Source of the DNA: Octopus vulgaris
Taxonomy: Eukaryota
Assembly (NCBI GenBank): GCA_951406725.2
Contig: OX597839.1
Location: 21,762,001-21,826,000, forward strand
Direction: 5' to 3'
DNA: 64,000 nucleotides
The notes beneath the pieces are model-generated. The model did no database searches. It worked only from the letters and a program-made list of their open reading frames with translations, and was not told where the DNA came from. Made by a program: the position numbers and the translations under genes. This document shows, piece by piece, positions 1 through 13,452 of the stretch. How positions within the stretch are numbered: the stretch's first letter is position 1; every line of letters begins with the position of its first letter.

Positions 1-30
1 ACACATGTATGTATATATATATATATATAT

Positions 31-178
31 ACACATGTATGTATATATATATCTACAAACGTATGTCTGTCTACCTAGGTAATACACCCCTGTATACAGA
101 TGTGTACATGTATGCATGTATATATATATATCGCACACACACACACACAGTTGAAGCCACTCTTTGTGATCGGTTCGG

Positions 179-226
<48 letters not shown>

Positions 227-372
227 ATATATATATATATCTACAAACGTATGTCTGTCTACCTAGGTAATACACCCCTGTATACAGATGTGTGCATGTA
301 TGCATGTGTATATATATATCGCGCACACACACACACACACAGTTGAAGCCACTCTTTGTGATCGGTTCGGAA
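31..372. repeat. Local tandem duplication, two copies of about 150 bp separated by (TA)n
   Basis: acatgtatg...ctacaaacgtatgtctg...gatcggttcggaa at about 33-180 and 217-372. Confidence 0.85.
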
Positions 373-599
373 TAAAGACTTCTGTATAAGAAAAAATAAC
401 CGGATAGATTAAAAAACAAATATCCTGAACTACGACTTTTGATAGCGTTGTCTGGGATTATAAATATCCTGCTTTCATTCTATAATATATACCTGTGTCC
501 AGTGGCTCGGAAAAAGGATTTTCTTTGGGGGTGTAAACCCAGGTCAAAAAGTTTTTACGAACAAGGTGGATTTTTCCAATCTTGATATCAAAACAAAAA

Positions 600-3500
600 C
601 ACGTGGCATCATCACCTATACTTTTTACGTGGCATCATCACCTATGCTTTTTACGTGACTCCATCACCTGTGTTTTTTACCTGGCACCATCACCTATACT
701 TTTTACGTGACTCCATCACCTGTGCTTTTTACCTGGCATCATCACCTATGCTTTTTACCTGGCATCATCACCTATGCTTTTTACGTGGCACCATCACCTA
801 TGCTTTTTACGTGGCCCCATCACCTATGCTTTTTACGTGACTCCATCACCTGTGTTTTTTACCTGGCACCATCACCTATACTTTTTACGTGACTCCATCA
901 CCTGTGCTTTTTACCTGGCATCATCACCTATACTTTTTACGTGGCACCATCACCTATCCTTTTTACGTGGCCCCATCACCTATGCTTTTTACGTGGCCCC
1001 ATCACCTATGCTTTTTACGTGACTCCATCACCTGTGTTTTTTACCTGGCACCATCACCTATGCTTTTTATCTGGCACCATCACCTATGCTTTTTACCTGG
1101 CACCATCACCTGTGCTTTTTACCTGGCACCATCACCTGTGCTTTTTACGTGACACCATCACCTATTCTTTTTACCTGGCACCATCACCTGTGCATCTTAC
1201 GTGGCATCATCACCTATGCTCTTTACCTGGCACCATCACCTATGCTTTTTACGTGGCACCATCACCTGTGCTTTTTACCTGGCACCATCACCTATGCTTT
1301 TTACGTGGCAGCATCACCTGTGCTTTTTACCTGGTACCATCACCTGTGCTTTTTACCTGGCACCATCACCTGTGCATCTTACGTGGCATCATCACCTATG
1401 CTCTTTACCTGGCACCATCACCTATGCTTTTTACGTGGCACCATCACCTATGCTTTTTACCTGGCACCATCACCTATGCTTTTTACGTGGCACCATCACC
1501 TATGCTTTTTACCTGGCACCATCACCTGTGCTTTTTACGTGACACCATCACCTATGCTCTTTACCTGGCACCATCACCTATGCTTTTTACATGGCACCAT
1601 CACCTATGCTTTTTACCTGGCACCATCACCTGTGCTTTTTACCTGGCACCATCACCTATGCTTTTTACCTGGCACCATCACCTATGCTTTTTACCTGGCA
1701 CCATCACCTATGCTTTTTACGTGACACCATCACCTATGCTTTTTACCTGGCACCATCACCTATGCTTTTTACCTGGCACCATCACCTATGCTTTTTACCT
1801 GGCACCATCACCTGTGCTTTTTACGTGACACCATCACCTATGCTTTTTACCTGGCACCATCACCTATGCTTTTTACCTGGCACCATCACCTGTGCTTTTT
1901 ACCTGGCACCATCACCTGTGCTTTTTACCTGGCACCATCACCTGTGCTTTTTACCTGGCACCATCACCTGTGCTTTTACCTGGCACCATCACCTGTGCTT
2001 TTTACCTGGCACCATCACCTATGCTTTTTACCTGGCACCATCACCTGTGCTTTTTACCTGGCACCATCACCTGTGCTTTTTACCTGGCACCATCACCTGT
2101 GCTTTTTACCTGGCACCATCACCTGTGCTTTTTACGTGACACCATCACCTATGCTTTTTACCTGGCACCATCACCTATCCTTTTTACCTGGCACAATCAC
2201 CTGTGCTTTTTACGTGACACCATCACCTATGCTTTTTACCTGGCACCATCACCTGTGCTTTTTACCTGGCACCATCACCTGTGCTTTTTACGTGACACCA
2301 TCACCTATGCTCTTTACCTGGCACCATCACCTATGCTTTTTACATGGCACCATCACCTATGCTTTTTACCTGGCACCACCACCTGTGCTTTTTACGTGAC
2401 ACCATCACCTGTGCTTTTTACCTGGCAGCATCACCTGTGCTTTTTACGTGACACCATCACCTATGCTTTTTACCTGGCACCATCACCTATGCTTTTTACA
2501 TGGCACCATCACCTATGCTTTTTACCTGGCACCACCACCTGTGCTTTTTACGTGACACCATCACCTGTGCTTTTTACGTGACACCATCACCTATGCTCTT
2601 TACCTGGCACCATCACCTATGCTTTTTACATGGCACCATCACCTATGCTTTTTACCTGGCACCACCACCTGTGCTTTTTACGTGACACCATCACCTATGC
2701 TTTTTACCTGGCACCATCACCTATGCTTTTTACCTGGCACCATCACCTGTGCTTTTACCTGGCACCATCACCTATGCTTTTTACCTGGCACCATCACCTA
2801 TGCTTTTTACCTGGCACCATCACCTGTGCTTTTTACCTGGCACCATCACCTGTGCTTTTTACCTGGCACCATCACCTGTGCTTTTTACCTGGCACCATCA
2901 CCTATGCTTTTTACCTGGCACCATCACCTATGCTTTTTACCTGGCACCATCACCTGTGCTTTTTACGTGACACCATCACCTGTGCTTTTTACCTGGCACC
3001 ATCACCTATGCTTTTTACCTGGCACCATCACCTATGCTTTTTACCTGGCACCATCACCTGTGCTTTTTACCTGGCACCATCACCTATGCTTTTTACATGG
3101 CACCATCACCTGTGCTTTTTACGTGACACCATCACCTATGCTTTTTACCTGGCACCATCACCTATGCTTTTTACCTGGCACCATCACCTATGCTTTTTAC
3201 CTGGCACCATCACCTATGCTTTTTACCTGGCACCATCACCTGTGCTTTTTACGTGACACCATCACCTATGCTTTTTACCTGGCACCATCACCTATGCTTT
3301 TTACCTGGCACCATCACCTATGCTTTTTACCTGGCACCACCACCTGTGCTTTTTACGTGACACCATCACCTATGCTTTTTACCTGGCACCATCACCTATG
3401 CTTTTTACCTGGCACCATCACCTGTGCTTTTTACGTGACACCATCACCTATGCTCTTTACCTGGCACCATCACCTATGCTTTTTACATGGCACCATCACC

Positions 3501-4248
3501 TATGCTTTTTACCTGGCACCACCACCTGTGCTTTTTACGTGACACCATCACCTATGCTTTTTACCTGGCACCATCACCTATGCTTTTTACCTGGCACCAT
3601 CACCTGTGCTTTTTACCTGGCACCATCACCTGTGCTTTTTACCTGGCACCATCACCTATGCTTTTTACCTGGCACCATCACCTGTGCTTTTTACCTGGCA
3701 CCATCACCTATGCTTTTTACCTGGCACCATCACCTATGCTTTTTACGTGACACCACCACCTGTGCTTTTTACGTGACACCACCACCTGTGCTTTTTACCT
3801 GGCACCATCACCTATGCTTTTTACGTGACACCACCACCTGTGCTTTTTACGTGACACCACAACCTGTGCTTTTTACCTGGCACCATCACTTATGCTTTTT
3901 ACGTGGCACCATCACCTATGCTTTTTACCTGGCACCATCACCTATGCTTTTTACCTGGCACCATCACCTATGCTTTTTACGTGACACCACCACCTGTGCT
4001 TTTTACGTGACACCACAACCTGTGCTTTTTACCTGGCACCATCACTTATGCTTTTTACGTGGCACCATCACCTATGCTTTTTACGTGACACCACCACCTG
4101 TGCTTTTTACGTGACACCACCACCTGTGCTTTTTACCTGGCACCATCACCTATGCTTTTTACCTGGCACCATCACCTATGCTTTTTACCTGGCACCATCA
4201 CCTATGCTTTTTACGTGGCACCATCACCTGTGCTTTTTACATGGCATC
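600..4248. repeat. 26-bp minisatellite, about 140 units (TGGCACCATCACCTRTGCTTTTTACC)
   Basis: Direct tandem periodicity of 26 nt; accounts for all overlapping repetitive ORFs. Confidence 0.98.
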
Positions 4249-4699
4249 AACACTCTTTACTTCATCCAACATAAGATGTGTTGGCCCAAGAACAATAAAG
4301 AGATGCCGTTGGCAGAGCTTGAACACAAATCCTTGACCTTTACAGTTGGTATCGTAACGGTAGCTCCCTCCACTGAGTCAACCAGAAAATGACATGGGAT
4401 TAACATAGGGAAGTAATAAAGGAGAATAAGGGGGGAAAGTTGAGGAAAGGGGGGCTAGGAAAGGAGTTGGCTCTGTTAAGTGGTGAACGTATCTCCCCCC
4501 CCTCCCCGATGATCAGATAACATTCATCCTGATAAGATAATCAACTGAGAAACACTAATTGATGCTGTATACAGTTTTGCACCTCTTTTGCTTGATGAAC
4601 TCTGAGATTATTTTTTTAATTAATTAATGATGAAATTTGTAACTGCCATTTTAACTTGATCAGAACAGCTCCCTTCAAGTTGACTCCTGCTCACTTCCC

Positions 4700-4954
4700 T
4701 ATCACCTGTACTTTTTACGTGGCACCATCACCTGTGCTTTTTACCTGGCACCATCACCTATGCTTTTTACGTGGCACCATCACCTGTGCTTTTTACGTGG
4801 CACCATCACCTGTGCTTTTTACCTGGCACCATCACCTATGCTTTTTACGTGGAACCATCACCTGTGCTTTTTACGTGGCACCATCACCTGTGCTTTTTAC
4901 CTGGCACCATCACCTGTGCTTTTTACCTCGCACCATCACCTGTGCTTTTTACCT
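4700..4954. repeat. Second short array of the same 26-bp minisatellite (about 10 units)
   Basis: Same unit as 600-4248, separated by about 450 bp of unique sequence. Confidence 0.95.
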
Positions 4955-4967
4955 CTCTCTCTCTCTG

Positions 4968-5590
4968 CATTGAACGTTCGGTACGTCAAGGGTGTCTGCT
5001 CTCCCCGCTTCTCTACGTTTTGGCCCTCGAGCCGTTGCTGAGGAGGTTGGAAACTATGAGAGGCACTCCGCAAGATCTTGGGTGCGGAAAGTCAGCTTCG
5101 GCGTATGCGAACGACATCACCGTCATCGTTTCCTGAGTCGAGCACCTACAGTGGGTGGGTGAGGCCTTAAGGGACTACGAAGCGGTGGCAGGAGCGAAAG
5201 TCAACCGGGATAAATCGGTCGGCTTGCAACTCGGCACCTGGAGGGGCTAGTCGATGTCTTCCAATAGCGTCGTAGGACGTTGGACGGAAGGACCGGTGAA
5301 AATGCTTGGAATCTGGTTAGGTCCAGATCTCCAGATAGAGAAGAACTGGAGCGAGGTGGCGAGAAAGGTGGCTCTCCTAACTCAGACATGGTCTGAGCGG
5401 AAGCTGTCCTTAAAAGGGAGGGCGGAGGTTGCAGAGGTGTTTATCTACTCTGTAATCACTTACCGCCTGACTGTCGTGGCTTGCCCCGATTCGTGGCTGA
5501 ACAAACTGGAACGCATGCTCTTACGCTTTTTATGGAGGGGCAGCAGACCTCTTGTAAGGCGCTCTATTTGCTGCCAAAAGCCGTGCTAGC
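4968..5590 (+). mobile_element. L1/Tx1-type LINE reverse transcriptase fragment (degenerate)
   Basis: RSVRQGCLLSPLLYVLALEPL, AYANDITV (YADD-like), GAKVNRDKS, KMLGIWLG, W..RKLSLKGR; internal stops. Confidence 0.9.
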
Positions 5591-5839
5591 GCGGAAAACG
5601 GATGTTAAACAATGATGATGATGATATATATACATACAAACGCGGAGCAAATGAAACAGGGACAACTGAAGAAGGGGAATATTCTTTATGTTGCATGTCT
5701 CGTTTCTCTGTTTTTTCCATTGTTCGAAAATAAGTTTGTTTTCTGTTTTTGTTTTCGTTTCTCAATGTGTTCAACGATTTTTTTTTTATGTCCTGTACCC
5801 ATATATGCATGTATATATGTAGGTATGTACATATATGTA

Positions 5840-6223
5840 GTGGAGGCGCAATGGCCCAGTGGTTAGGGCAGCGGACTCGCGGTCGTAGGATCGCGGTTTC
5901 GATTCCAAGACCAGGCGTTGTGAGTGTTTATTGAGCGAAATCACCTAAAGCTCCACGAGGTTCCGGCAGGGGATGGTGGTGATCCCTGCTGTACTCTTTC
6001 ACCACAACTTTCTCTCACTCTTACTTCCTGTTTCTGTTGTACCTGTATTTCAAAGGGCCGGCCTTGTCACTCTCTGTGTCACGCTGAATATCCCCGAGAA
6101 CTACGTTAAGGGTACACGTGTCTGTGGAGTGCTCAGCCACTTACACGTTAATTTCACGAGCAGGCTGTTCCGTTGATCGGATCAACCGGAACCCTCATCG
6201 TCGTAACCGACTGAGTGCTTCCA
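5840..6223 (+). mobile_element. tRNA-derived SINE, family 1
   Basis: A-box TGGCCCAGTGG, B-box GTTTCGATTCC; near-identical dispersed copies in window. Confidence 0.9.
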
Positions 6224-6845
6224 CATATATGTATGTATATATGCATATGCTTATATTATATATATATATGTATATATCATCATATGATCGAACGCCATGC
6301 ATCCTTTTCCAAGTTTTATACACACACACACACACACATAATATACACATATCTACATGCACAGATACATTACATATACACACACACACACACACACCTC
6401 AATGTTTTCATATCAACCTCATTATCCTTTATCCTTTATCCAACATATTCGTGTATCATCTTTTGGTAAATGTTGCTATTTTAAAAGAAAAAAAAAACAC
6501 CAAAAAAACCCCCAATTTGCTAAGCACCCTAAAAGAAGGGAATTAGGAGGAAATATCCTTCGTTTTGACAGCAATAAATTATCAACGTGTAAATGATTTC
6601 ATCAGTTTATGATCAGGGATAATAAACTGTCTGTTTGTGAAGTGGTTGACTTGAAGGAGAGAATCTTTATTAATACCATGGACAGAAAAGGTGAGAGTTA
6701 AGAGTAACTGGTGGAGGTGGTGGTGGTGGTGGCAGCGGTGTTGGTGACTGTGGTGGTGGTGGTGGTGGTGGTGATTGTAGTAGATGTTGTTGTTGTTGTT
6801 GTTGGTTAGCCACCCCCACCGTCTACCCTGATCAAGCAGACCTAT

Positions 6846-6988
6846 AATAATAATAATAATAATAATAATTATGTACAGTGTTCAGGTGCACTACAACTCA
6901 TCTAAAGTGTATATATAATCAGGTGTAGTTTCGGCGGATTTTGGGAAGCATGAGGGCCTTAAAGGATGCAGTGTCATGGCAGTCAACA
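6846..6988 (-). mobile_element. 3' tail of CR1-type LINE (same family as 55240-55643)
   Basis: Reverse complement of 55510-55643, including the (ATT)n tail. Confidence 0.85.
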
Positions 6989-8079
6989 AATGGAACAATT
7001 TGCTGTTCCATTTGTGACCATCTCATCGGTTCTGGAGTTACCTAAGGCTACATTGTCTCATGCTATTTTCTCCACAGGTGGTGGTACTGATGATGGTGGT
7101 GGTGGTGATAGCAGTTGTGGTGTGGTGATGGTGGCGGTGCTGCAGTGAGGTGTGGGGTGGGGGGGCAAACAAAATGCCATGTTTAACAAAATGTGGTTTC
7201 AAACCTCCTTGGGCAACAAAATATGAGTTATAGGGAGGTAAACTCTGTTTTGTATCCCTTATTCGTAAGCAGTGGGGGAAGAGGGTGGTCACCATTGGTG
7301 GGGATGGAAGGGGGTATGTGCCATTCTGAGAATCACTGGTCCTTTTTTTTTAAAAAGATGTTTGGGTGTGTTTTAAGAAAGGTTTAGCTGTTGTTTCTAG
7401 TAGATCAAGAGACCACACTGAGGCCCCACAGTAAACCCCCTTGCCAGGTTTCATTCAGCTGCTCTGTTTTCATCTTCTGGGGGTAAATCTTTACTTCACT
7501 TTTCCAAGACCAAATTAAAACCATCAAAACAGTTTTAAATAATCTCAGAGCAAATTAAATAATGGTTTCTTCAGATAAAACATCAGATATCAATGTTCTG
7601 AGTCGTTTGGACTTGACACTGATTAAATTTGAATTCATTTTGTTGTTTAACTGCAGCCAACAGTTCGCTAGTTTATAATATGGCGATGGTGGTAATGGAA
7701 AGAGGGAGACATAGAGAAACATAAGGAGAGAGAGACAGGGTTAGTTAGAGAGGGGGGGAGAGAAGTGGTCAAGAAACACCTGGGAGATCGACCAAACAGA
7801 AAATATCATCTACAAAGAAGTTTTCTAATCATAATATTATGGGAAGGAATAGGATTCGTAATTTAAATAAGGAAATTTGTGAACTTTGAATGTATGAGAG
7901 TGTAGAATAGTGTAAACAACTAAAATAAAAGTATATCTAAATAACATTTTTCTCTTTTATGCAGTGGTCAAAGGAAGTGGTCCACGTCACCATTCATGAT
8001 GCAGTTCAGGAGTGATCCATGATCGCATGTCTCTTAGTCGCAAACACATGTCATACAGCTGCAACAGAATGCTGTATCT

Positions 8080-8486
8080 TTTTACTCTTTTTTCTTTTTT
8101 ACTTGTTTCAGTCATTTGACTGCGGCCATGCTGGAGCACCGCCTTTAGTCGAGCAAATCGCCCCGGGACTTATTCTTTTGTAAGCCCAGTACTTATTCTA
8201 TCGGTCTCTTTTGCCGAACCGCTAAGTGACGGGGACATAAACACACCAGCATCGATTGTCAAGCAATGCTAGGGGGACAAACACAGATACACAAACACAC
8301 ACACACATATATATACATATATACGACAGGCTTCTTTCAGTTTCCGTCTACCAAATCCACTCACAAGGCATTGGTCAGCCCGGGGCTATAGCAGAAGACA
8401 CTTGCCCAAGATGCCACGCAGTGGGACTGACCCTGGAACCATGTGGTTGGTTAGCAAGCTACTTACCACACAGCCACTCCTGCACC
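8080..8486 (-). mobile_element. tRNA-derived SINE, family 2 (head GGAGTGGCTGTGTGGTAAG, central TA/CA microsatellite, AAGAGTAA tail)
   Basis: More than 15 dispersed copies in window; A/B-box-like head. Confidence 0.9.
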
Positions 8487-8817
8487 TCACCAACAATAAT
8501 GTGATTTCTCTAAGACCAGTAATCCTATCAAAGTCCATTTACACATTTTTCAATACATACTACTGCTATGACTTCCCTCCCTCACTTTATGCCTCCATCA
8601 TAAATGGGTAGTAGTAGTAGTAGTTTCAAATTTTGACACAAGGCCAGCAATTTGGAAGGAGAGGGCTAGTTGCTTACATGGACCCATGCACTCAGCTGGT
8701 AGTTATTTTATCAACCCCAAAAGGATGGCAGCCAAAATCAACCTTGACAGAATTTGAACACAGAATGTAAAGACAGACGAGAAGCTGCCCAGCCTTTTGC
8801 CAGCTTGCTGCTTTGAG

Positions 8818-9097
8818 TGTAGGGTGTGCGCGATTTGAATATAGAGGCACCTACCTTCTCTTCTTAGTGACGGAGACCCTCCAGTGGTGACTAGTCCTTC
8901 CACACAGCCCCGACCCGAACACTAACGATAGCAGCTGCTAGCCCAAACCCTTAGCGACGTCCTCACACGTCTTGTCACCTGCACGACCCACGTTGGAAAG
9001 GGCGCAATTCCCCGCTCCCTGCGCACGCCTGACGGCTGACCCCTTCCAGTTGCCCCAGCTTCCGGTCAACGCCCCCGGCTGCTGACGTCATCCCACA
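8818..9097. mobile_element. Solo LTR (280 bp)
   Basis: TGTAGGGTG...CATCCCACA termini; 5-bp TSD TTGAG at 8813-8817 and 9098-9102; GC-rich relative to flanks. Confidence 0.8.
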
Positions 9098-9369
9098 TTG
9101 AGAATGGTAAATATTGAGAGAAGAGATGGGAAAACTTGTGAGGTGAAGTGAATAAAGGGTTTTATGAGAAGAAATGGTGAGGAGAAGCAAAAGGGGATGA
9201 GAAGAGAATTGAAGGGAGAAAGGAGAAGAAAAACACTAGTTATGAAGAAGTTAAGACCAGAGCTGAATGTAGAAGGCAGATTAGGAGAAAAATCAAAGGG
9301 AAGAGACAGCATTGTAGGTGATGGCCAAGGGAACTAAAGTGTAGGGGTGTTAGAGAAGGATTAAACAAC

Positions 9370-9743
9370 AATGGCCCAGTGGTTAGGGCAGCGGACTCTC
9401 GGTCGTAGGATCGCGGTTTCGATTCCCAGACTGGGCGTTGTGAGTGTTTATTGAGCGAAAACACCTAAAGCTCCATGAGGCTCCAGCAGGGATGGTGGTG
9501 ATCCCTGCTGTACTCTTTCACCACAACTTTCTCTCACTCTTACTTCCTGTTTCTGTTGTACCTGTATTTCAAAGGGCCGGCCTTGTCACTCTCTGTGTCA
9601 CGCTGAATATCCCCGAGAACTATGTTAAGGGTACACGTGTCTGTGGAGTGCTCAGCCACTTACACGTTAATTTCACGAGCAGGCTGTTCCGTTGATTCGG
9701 ATCAACCGGAACCCTCGTCGTCGTAACCGACGGAGTGCTTCCA
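9370..9743 (+). mobile_element. tRNA-derived SINE, family 1
   Basis: Matches 5840-6223. Confidence 0.9.
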
Positions 9744-9973
9744 AACAACAAAAACAGAATTTATATAATTCATGAAAAGTCAGTAATAACAAGAAAAGGT
9801 GAGGTCAGTTCTGAAGCTGAAAAGGATGGAGGTCAAGGATTGGAGGTGAGAAGGTCATGTGACATGATTTGGTGGGAAAGATTTGATTAGGTGAAATGTT
9901 TTACTCAGGGGTCATCAAATGATCCACTTTTGATGTTTGTAAAGTTTTGAGGATAATTTTTAAAGAGGATTAA

Positions 9974-10192
9974 CCCTTAACTGTTCAGATTATTCAATCA
10001 AACATAATGTCTATTGATTCCCATTGATTTGAATTAATCATGCATTATCTCATATCTTCAAGATCTTGATGGTGTAATTACCTAATGTAGAATAACATTG
10101 TAGGGTTGGTGTGAGGGCCTGGATCTGGTCAGTTTGAACATAAAACAGATTAAATATTTTGGCCGGATATGGCCGGTTTAAATACTAAAGGG
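9974..10192. mobile_element. TTAA-specific (piggyBac-type) MITE, diverged
   Basis: TTAA-CCCTT...AAGGG-TTAA termini. Confidence 0.75.
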
Positions 10193-10948
10193 TTAAGAGT
10201 GGCGAAAGAATTGGAGAAAAGGATGGGCAATGTAGGGCTGTGAAGGAGACACATGATGCAGGGCTGAGAGAAAAGGGGACAGTACACATTGTATGAGTAG
10301 AAGAAGGTGGATGCAGTGCATAATATAGGGATGGTCAAGTGTGATGAATAATCTGGGGCCAGCCTTAGAAGAAGCCATGAGTAAATCTGAAGAATTAAAG
10401 GGTCAGACCAAAAATACTATAAATTATCTTTTATCGTTTACTTGTTTCAGTCATTAGACTGTGGCCAAGCTGGGGCACTGCCTTGAAGAATGAATCGACC
10501 TCAGGAATTATTTTTTTTAAGGTCTGGTATTTGTTCTATTGGGTGCCAAACTGCTAAGATACAGGGATGTAAACAAACTAACATTGGTTGTCAAGTAGTG
10601 GGGAAGGGACAAACACAGACATATATGTGTATGTGTGTATATATATAAAATGGACTTCTTTCAGTTTCCATCTACCAAATCCACTCACAAGTCTTTGGTC
10701 AGCTTGAGGCTATAAGTACCCAAAGGTGCCATGCAGTGAAACTGAACTCGGAACCGTGTGGTTAGGAAGCAAGCTTCTTACCACAGAGTCATGCCTTCAA
10801 TAAATTTATCTTCAGTGAAGATAAAATTTGGGAAAAAAGTCTGGAATCAAACAGCAATATTGTGTCCTTGTGTTAATTCTTACTAACATTTTCCCGTTAT
10901 TGAAATTTCGATTCAGATGACCTAAGATAATATTATTGAGGAATTCAA

Positions 10949-11345
10949 GAGTGGCTGTGTGGTAAGTAGCTTGTCTACCAACCACATGGTTCCGGGTTCA
11001 GTCCCACTGCATGGCTCCTTGGGCAAGTGTCTTCTACTATAGCCTCGGGCCGACCAAAGCCTTGTGAGTGGATTTGGTAGACGGAAACTGAAAGAAGCCC
11101 GTCGTATATATGTATATATATATATATGTGTGTATGTGTTTGTGTGTCTGTGTTTGTCTCCCTAGCATTGCTTGACAACCGATTCTGGTGTGTTTACGTC
11201 CCCGTTACTTAGTGGTTCGGCAAAAGAGACCGATAGAATAAGTACTGGGCTTACAAAAAGAATTAGTCCCGGGGTCGAGTTGCTCGATTAAAGGCGGTGC
11301 TCCAGCATGGCTGCAGTCAAATGACTGAAACAAGTAAAAGAGTAA
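10949..11345 (+). mobile_element. SINE family 2; older diverged copies flank it at about 10432-10795 (-) and 11440-11800 (+)
   Basis: Sequence match to other copies. Confidence 0.9.
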
Positions 11346-11916
11346 AGGAATCGGACTCTGAATAATTGAAGAATATCAAAGAGAAATGGAAGAAATCTGC
11401 AGAGAGGATAATTCAAATAATTGATGAATATATATGGGCATAGGATTGGCTGTGTGGTAAGGAGCTTGCTTCCCAACCACATGGTTCCAGGCTCAGTCCC
11501 ACCATGAAGTATCTTGGGCAAATGTCTTCTAGTATAGCCCTGGGCTGTCCAAAGCCTTGTCAGTGGATTTGGTAGACAAAAACTGAAAGAACCTGGTCAT
11601 ATATGCGTGTGTGCCTGTCACTGCTTGGCAACCAGTGTTGGTTTATTTACTTCCCTGTAACTTAACGGTTTGGCAAAAGAGATCAACAGAATAAGTACTA
11701 GGTTTACAACAGCAAAATGAAAAGTCCTGGGGGTCAATTTGTTTGACTAAAAACTTTTCAAGGTGGTGCCCCAGCATGGCCATAGTCTAGTACCTGAAAC
11801 AAATATATGATATCAATGACAAAACTAGTTTGGACTGAGAGGAACTAGAGCCATGTTGACATCAAACTGGAACAATGGTGAAAAAAATAAATAAACGGTT
11901 TATTCTTTAATAAAAA

Positions 11917-12148
11917 GGCGGCGAGCTGGCAGAAACGTTAGCACACCGGGCGAACTGCTTAGCGGTATTTCATCTGCCGTTACGTTCAGAGTTCAAATTC
12001 CGCCGAGGTCGACTTTGCCTTCCATCCTTTCGGGGTCGATAAATTAAGTACCAGTTACGCACTGGGGTCGATGTAATCGACTTAATACCTATGTCTGTCC
12101 TTGTTTGTCCCCTCTATGTTTAGCCCCTTGTGGGTAATAAAGAAATAG
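11917..12148 (+). mobile_element. tRNA-derived SINE, family 3 (MetaSINE-like core)
   Basis: Head TGGCAGAAACG / GTTCAAATTCC; core GAGGTCGACTTTGCCTTCCATCCTTTCGGGGTCGATAAATTAAGTACCAG resembles the Meta domain as I recall it; many copies. Confidence 0.85.
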
Positions 12149-13452
12149 GTTTATTCTTTAATCACGACAAATGCGACATGGCTTAATACTTAATACAATA
12201 AAATATCAAACTTACAGAATCTATCCACTAATTACACAAAACTCAGTTAATTACAGAGTAATTACAAGAGTGTGCAATTAACCGGAGTCAACCAGTCTTG
12301 TATGTCATTGTATCACTCAATGTCACCTGATATCATTGAATGGTATATTGTACGTCATGCTAGATCTTATATCTTTATTCGGATATCCTCCGATACTCTA
12401 AAATATCACAAGAAGTATCTTGGGCAAATGTCTTCTAGTATAGCCCTGGGCTGACCAAAGCCTTGTCAGTGGATTTGGTAGACAAAAACTGAAAGAACCT
12501 GGTCATATATGCGTGTGTGCCTGTCACTGCTTGGCAACCAGTGTTGGTTTATTTACTTCCCTGTAACTTAACTTATCTTTATTCGGATATCCTCCGATAC
12601 TCTAAAATATCACATTGTTGTCTCATATTAACATAAGGCCAGCAATTTTGGAACTTGTTGGGTGGGGGGAGTAAGTCGATTACATAAACCCCTAGTATGT
12701 AACTGGTACTTATTTTATCAACCCCGAAAGGATGAAAGATAAAGTCAACCTCAGCAGAATTTGAACTCAGAACGTAAAGACCCACTTCTGCCAGTTTGCT
12801 GTTTTAATCAAAACATTAGCTTCGCATTATGGTACAAGGCCAGGCCAGAGATGGGGTATAAGTCAATTATATCAACCTCAGTATGTAACTGGTACTCATT
12901 TTATCGACCCTGAAAGGATGAAAGGTGAAGTCAACTTCACCCTCAGTGGAACTTAAACTCAGAATATAAAGAAGGGAAAAAAATGCCACTTAGCATTTTA
13001 CCTGCTAACGATTCTGCCACCTCACCACCTTTAACTGTTGTATCACATTCGAATATATCAGTTGATACCAGTTGCCTGGTACAATGGATATTATCATGTG
13101 ACCCTGCCTGAGCCAACGCCACACAAAAAGTATCCAGTTGGCGTTTGGAAGGGCATCCAGCCATAAAAAAACCCTACCAAAACAGACCTTACCTGTGCTG
13201 GTGCCATGTACAGGACCACTCAGTTCACACTGTAAAGTGGCTGGCATCAGGAAAGGCATTCAGCTGTAAAAACCCTGCCAAAAACAGACACAGAAGTCTG
13301 GCACAGGCTCCTTTCAAACCGTCCAACCCATACCAGCATGGAAGGTGGATGTAAAATGATGATGATGATATCATCTGATGTCATAGTGTTGTAGGAGTCT
13401 CACCTGATATCCAAAAGCACATTTATTGTATTCAAATATATTAACATCACCT

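Noticed and set aside
600-4248. CRISPR array
   Set aside because: Units are contiguous with no unique spacers, there are no cas genes, and the context is eukaryotic; the same holds for the 33-bp array at 42160-42589
655-5041. Many overlapping ORFs (MLFTWHHHLCFLPGTIT...)
   Set aside because: Translations of the 26-bp minisatellite in all three frames
5840-5915. tRNA gene
   Set aside because: The tRNA-like head continues into a SINE body found in several copies; no proper acceptor stem
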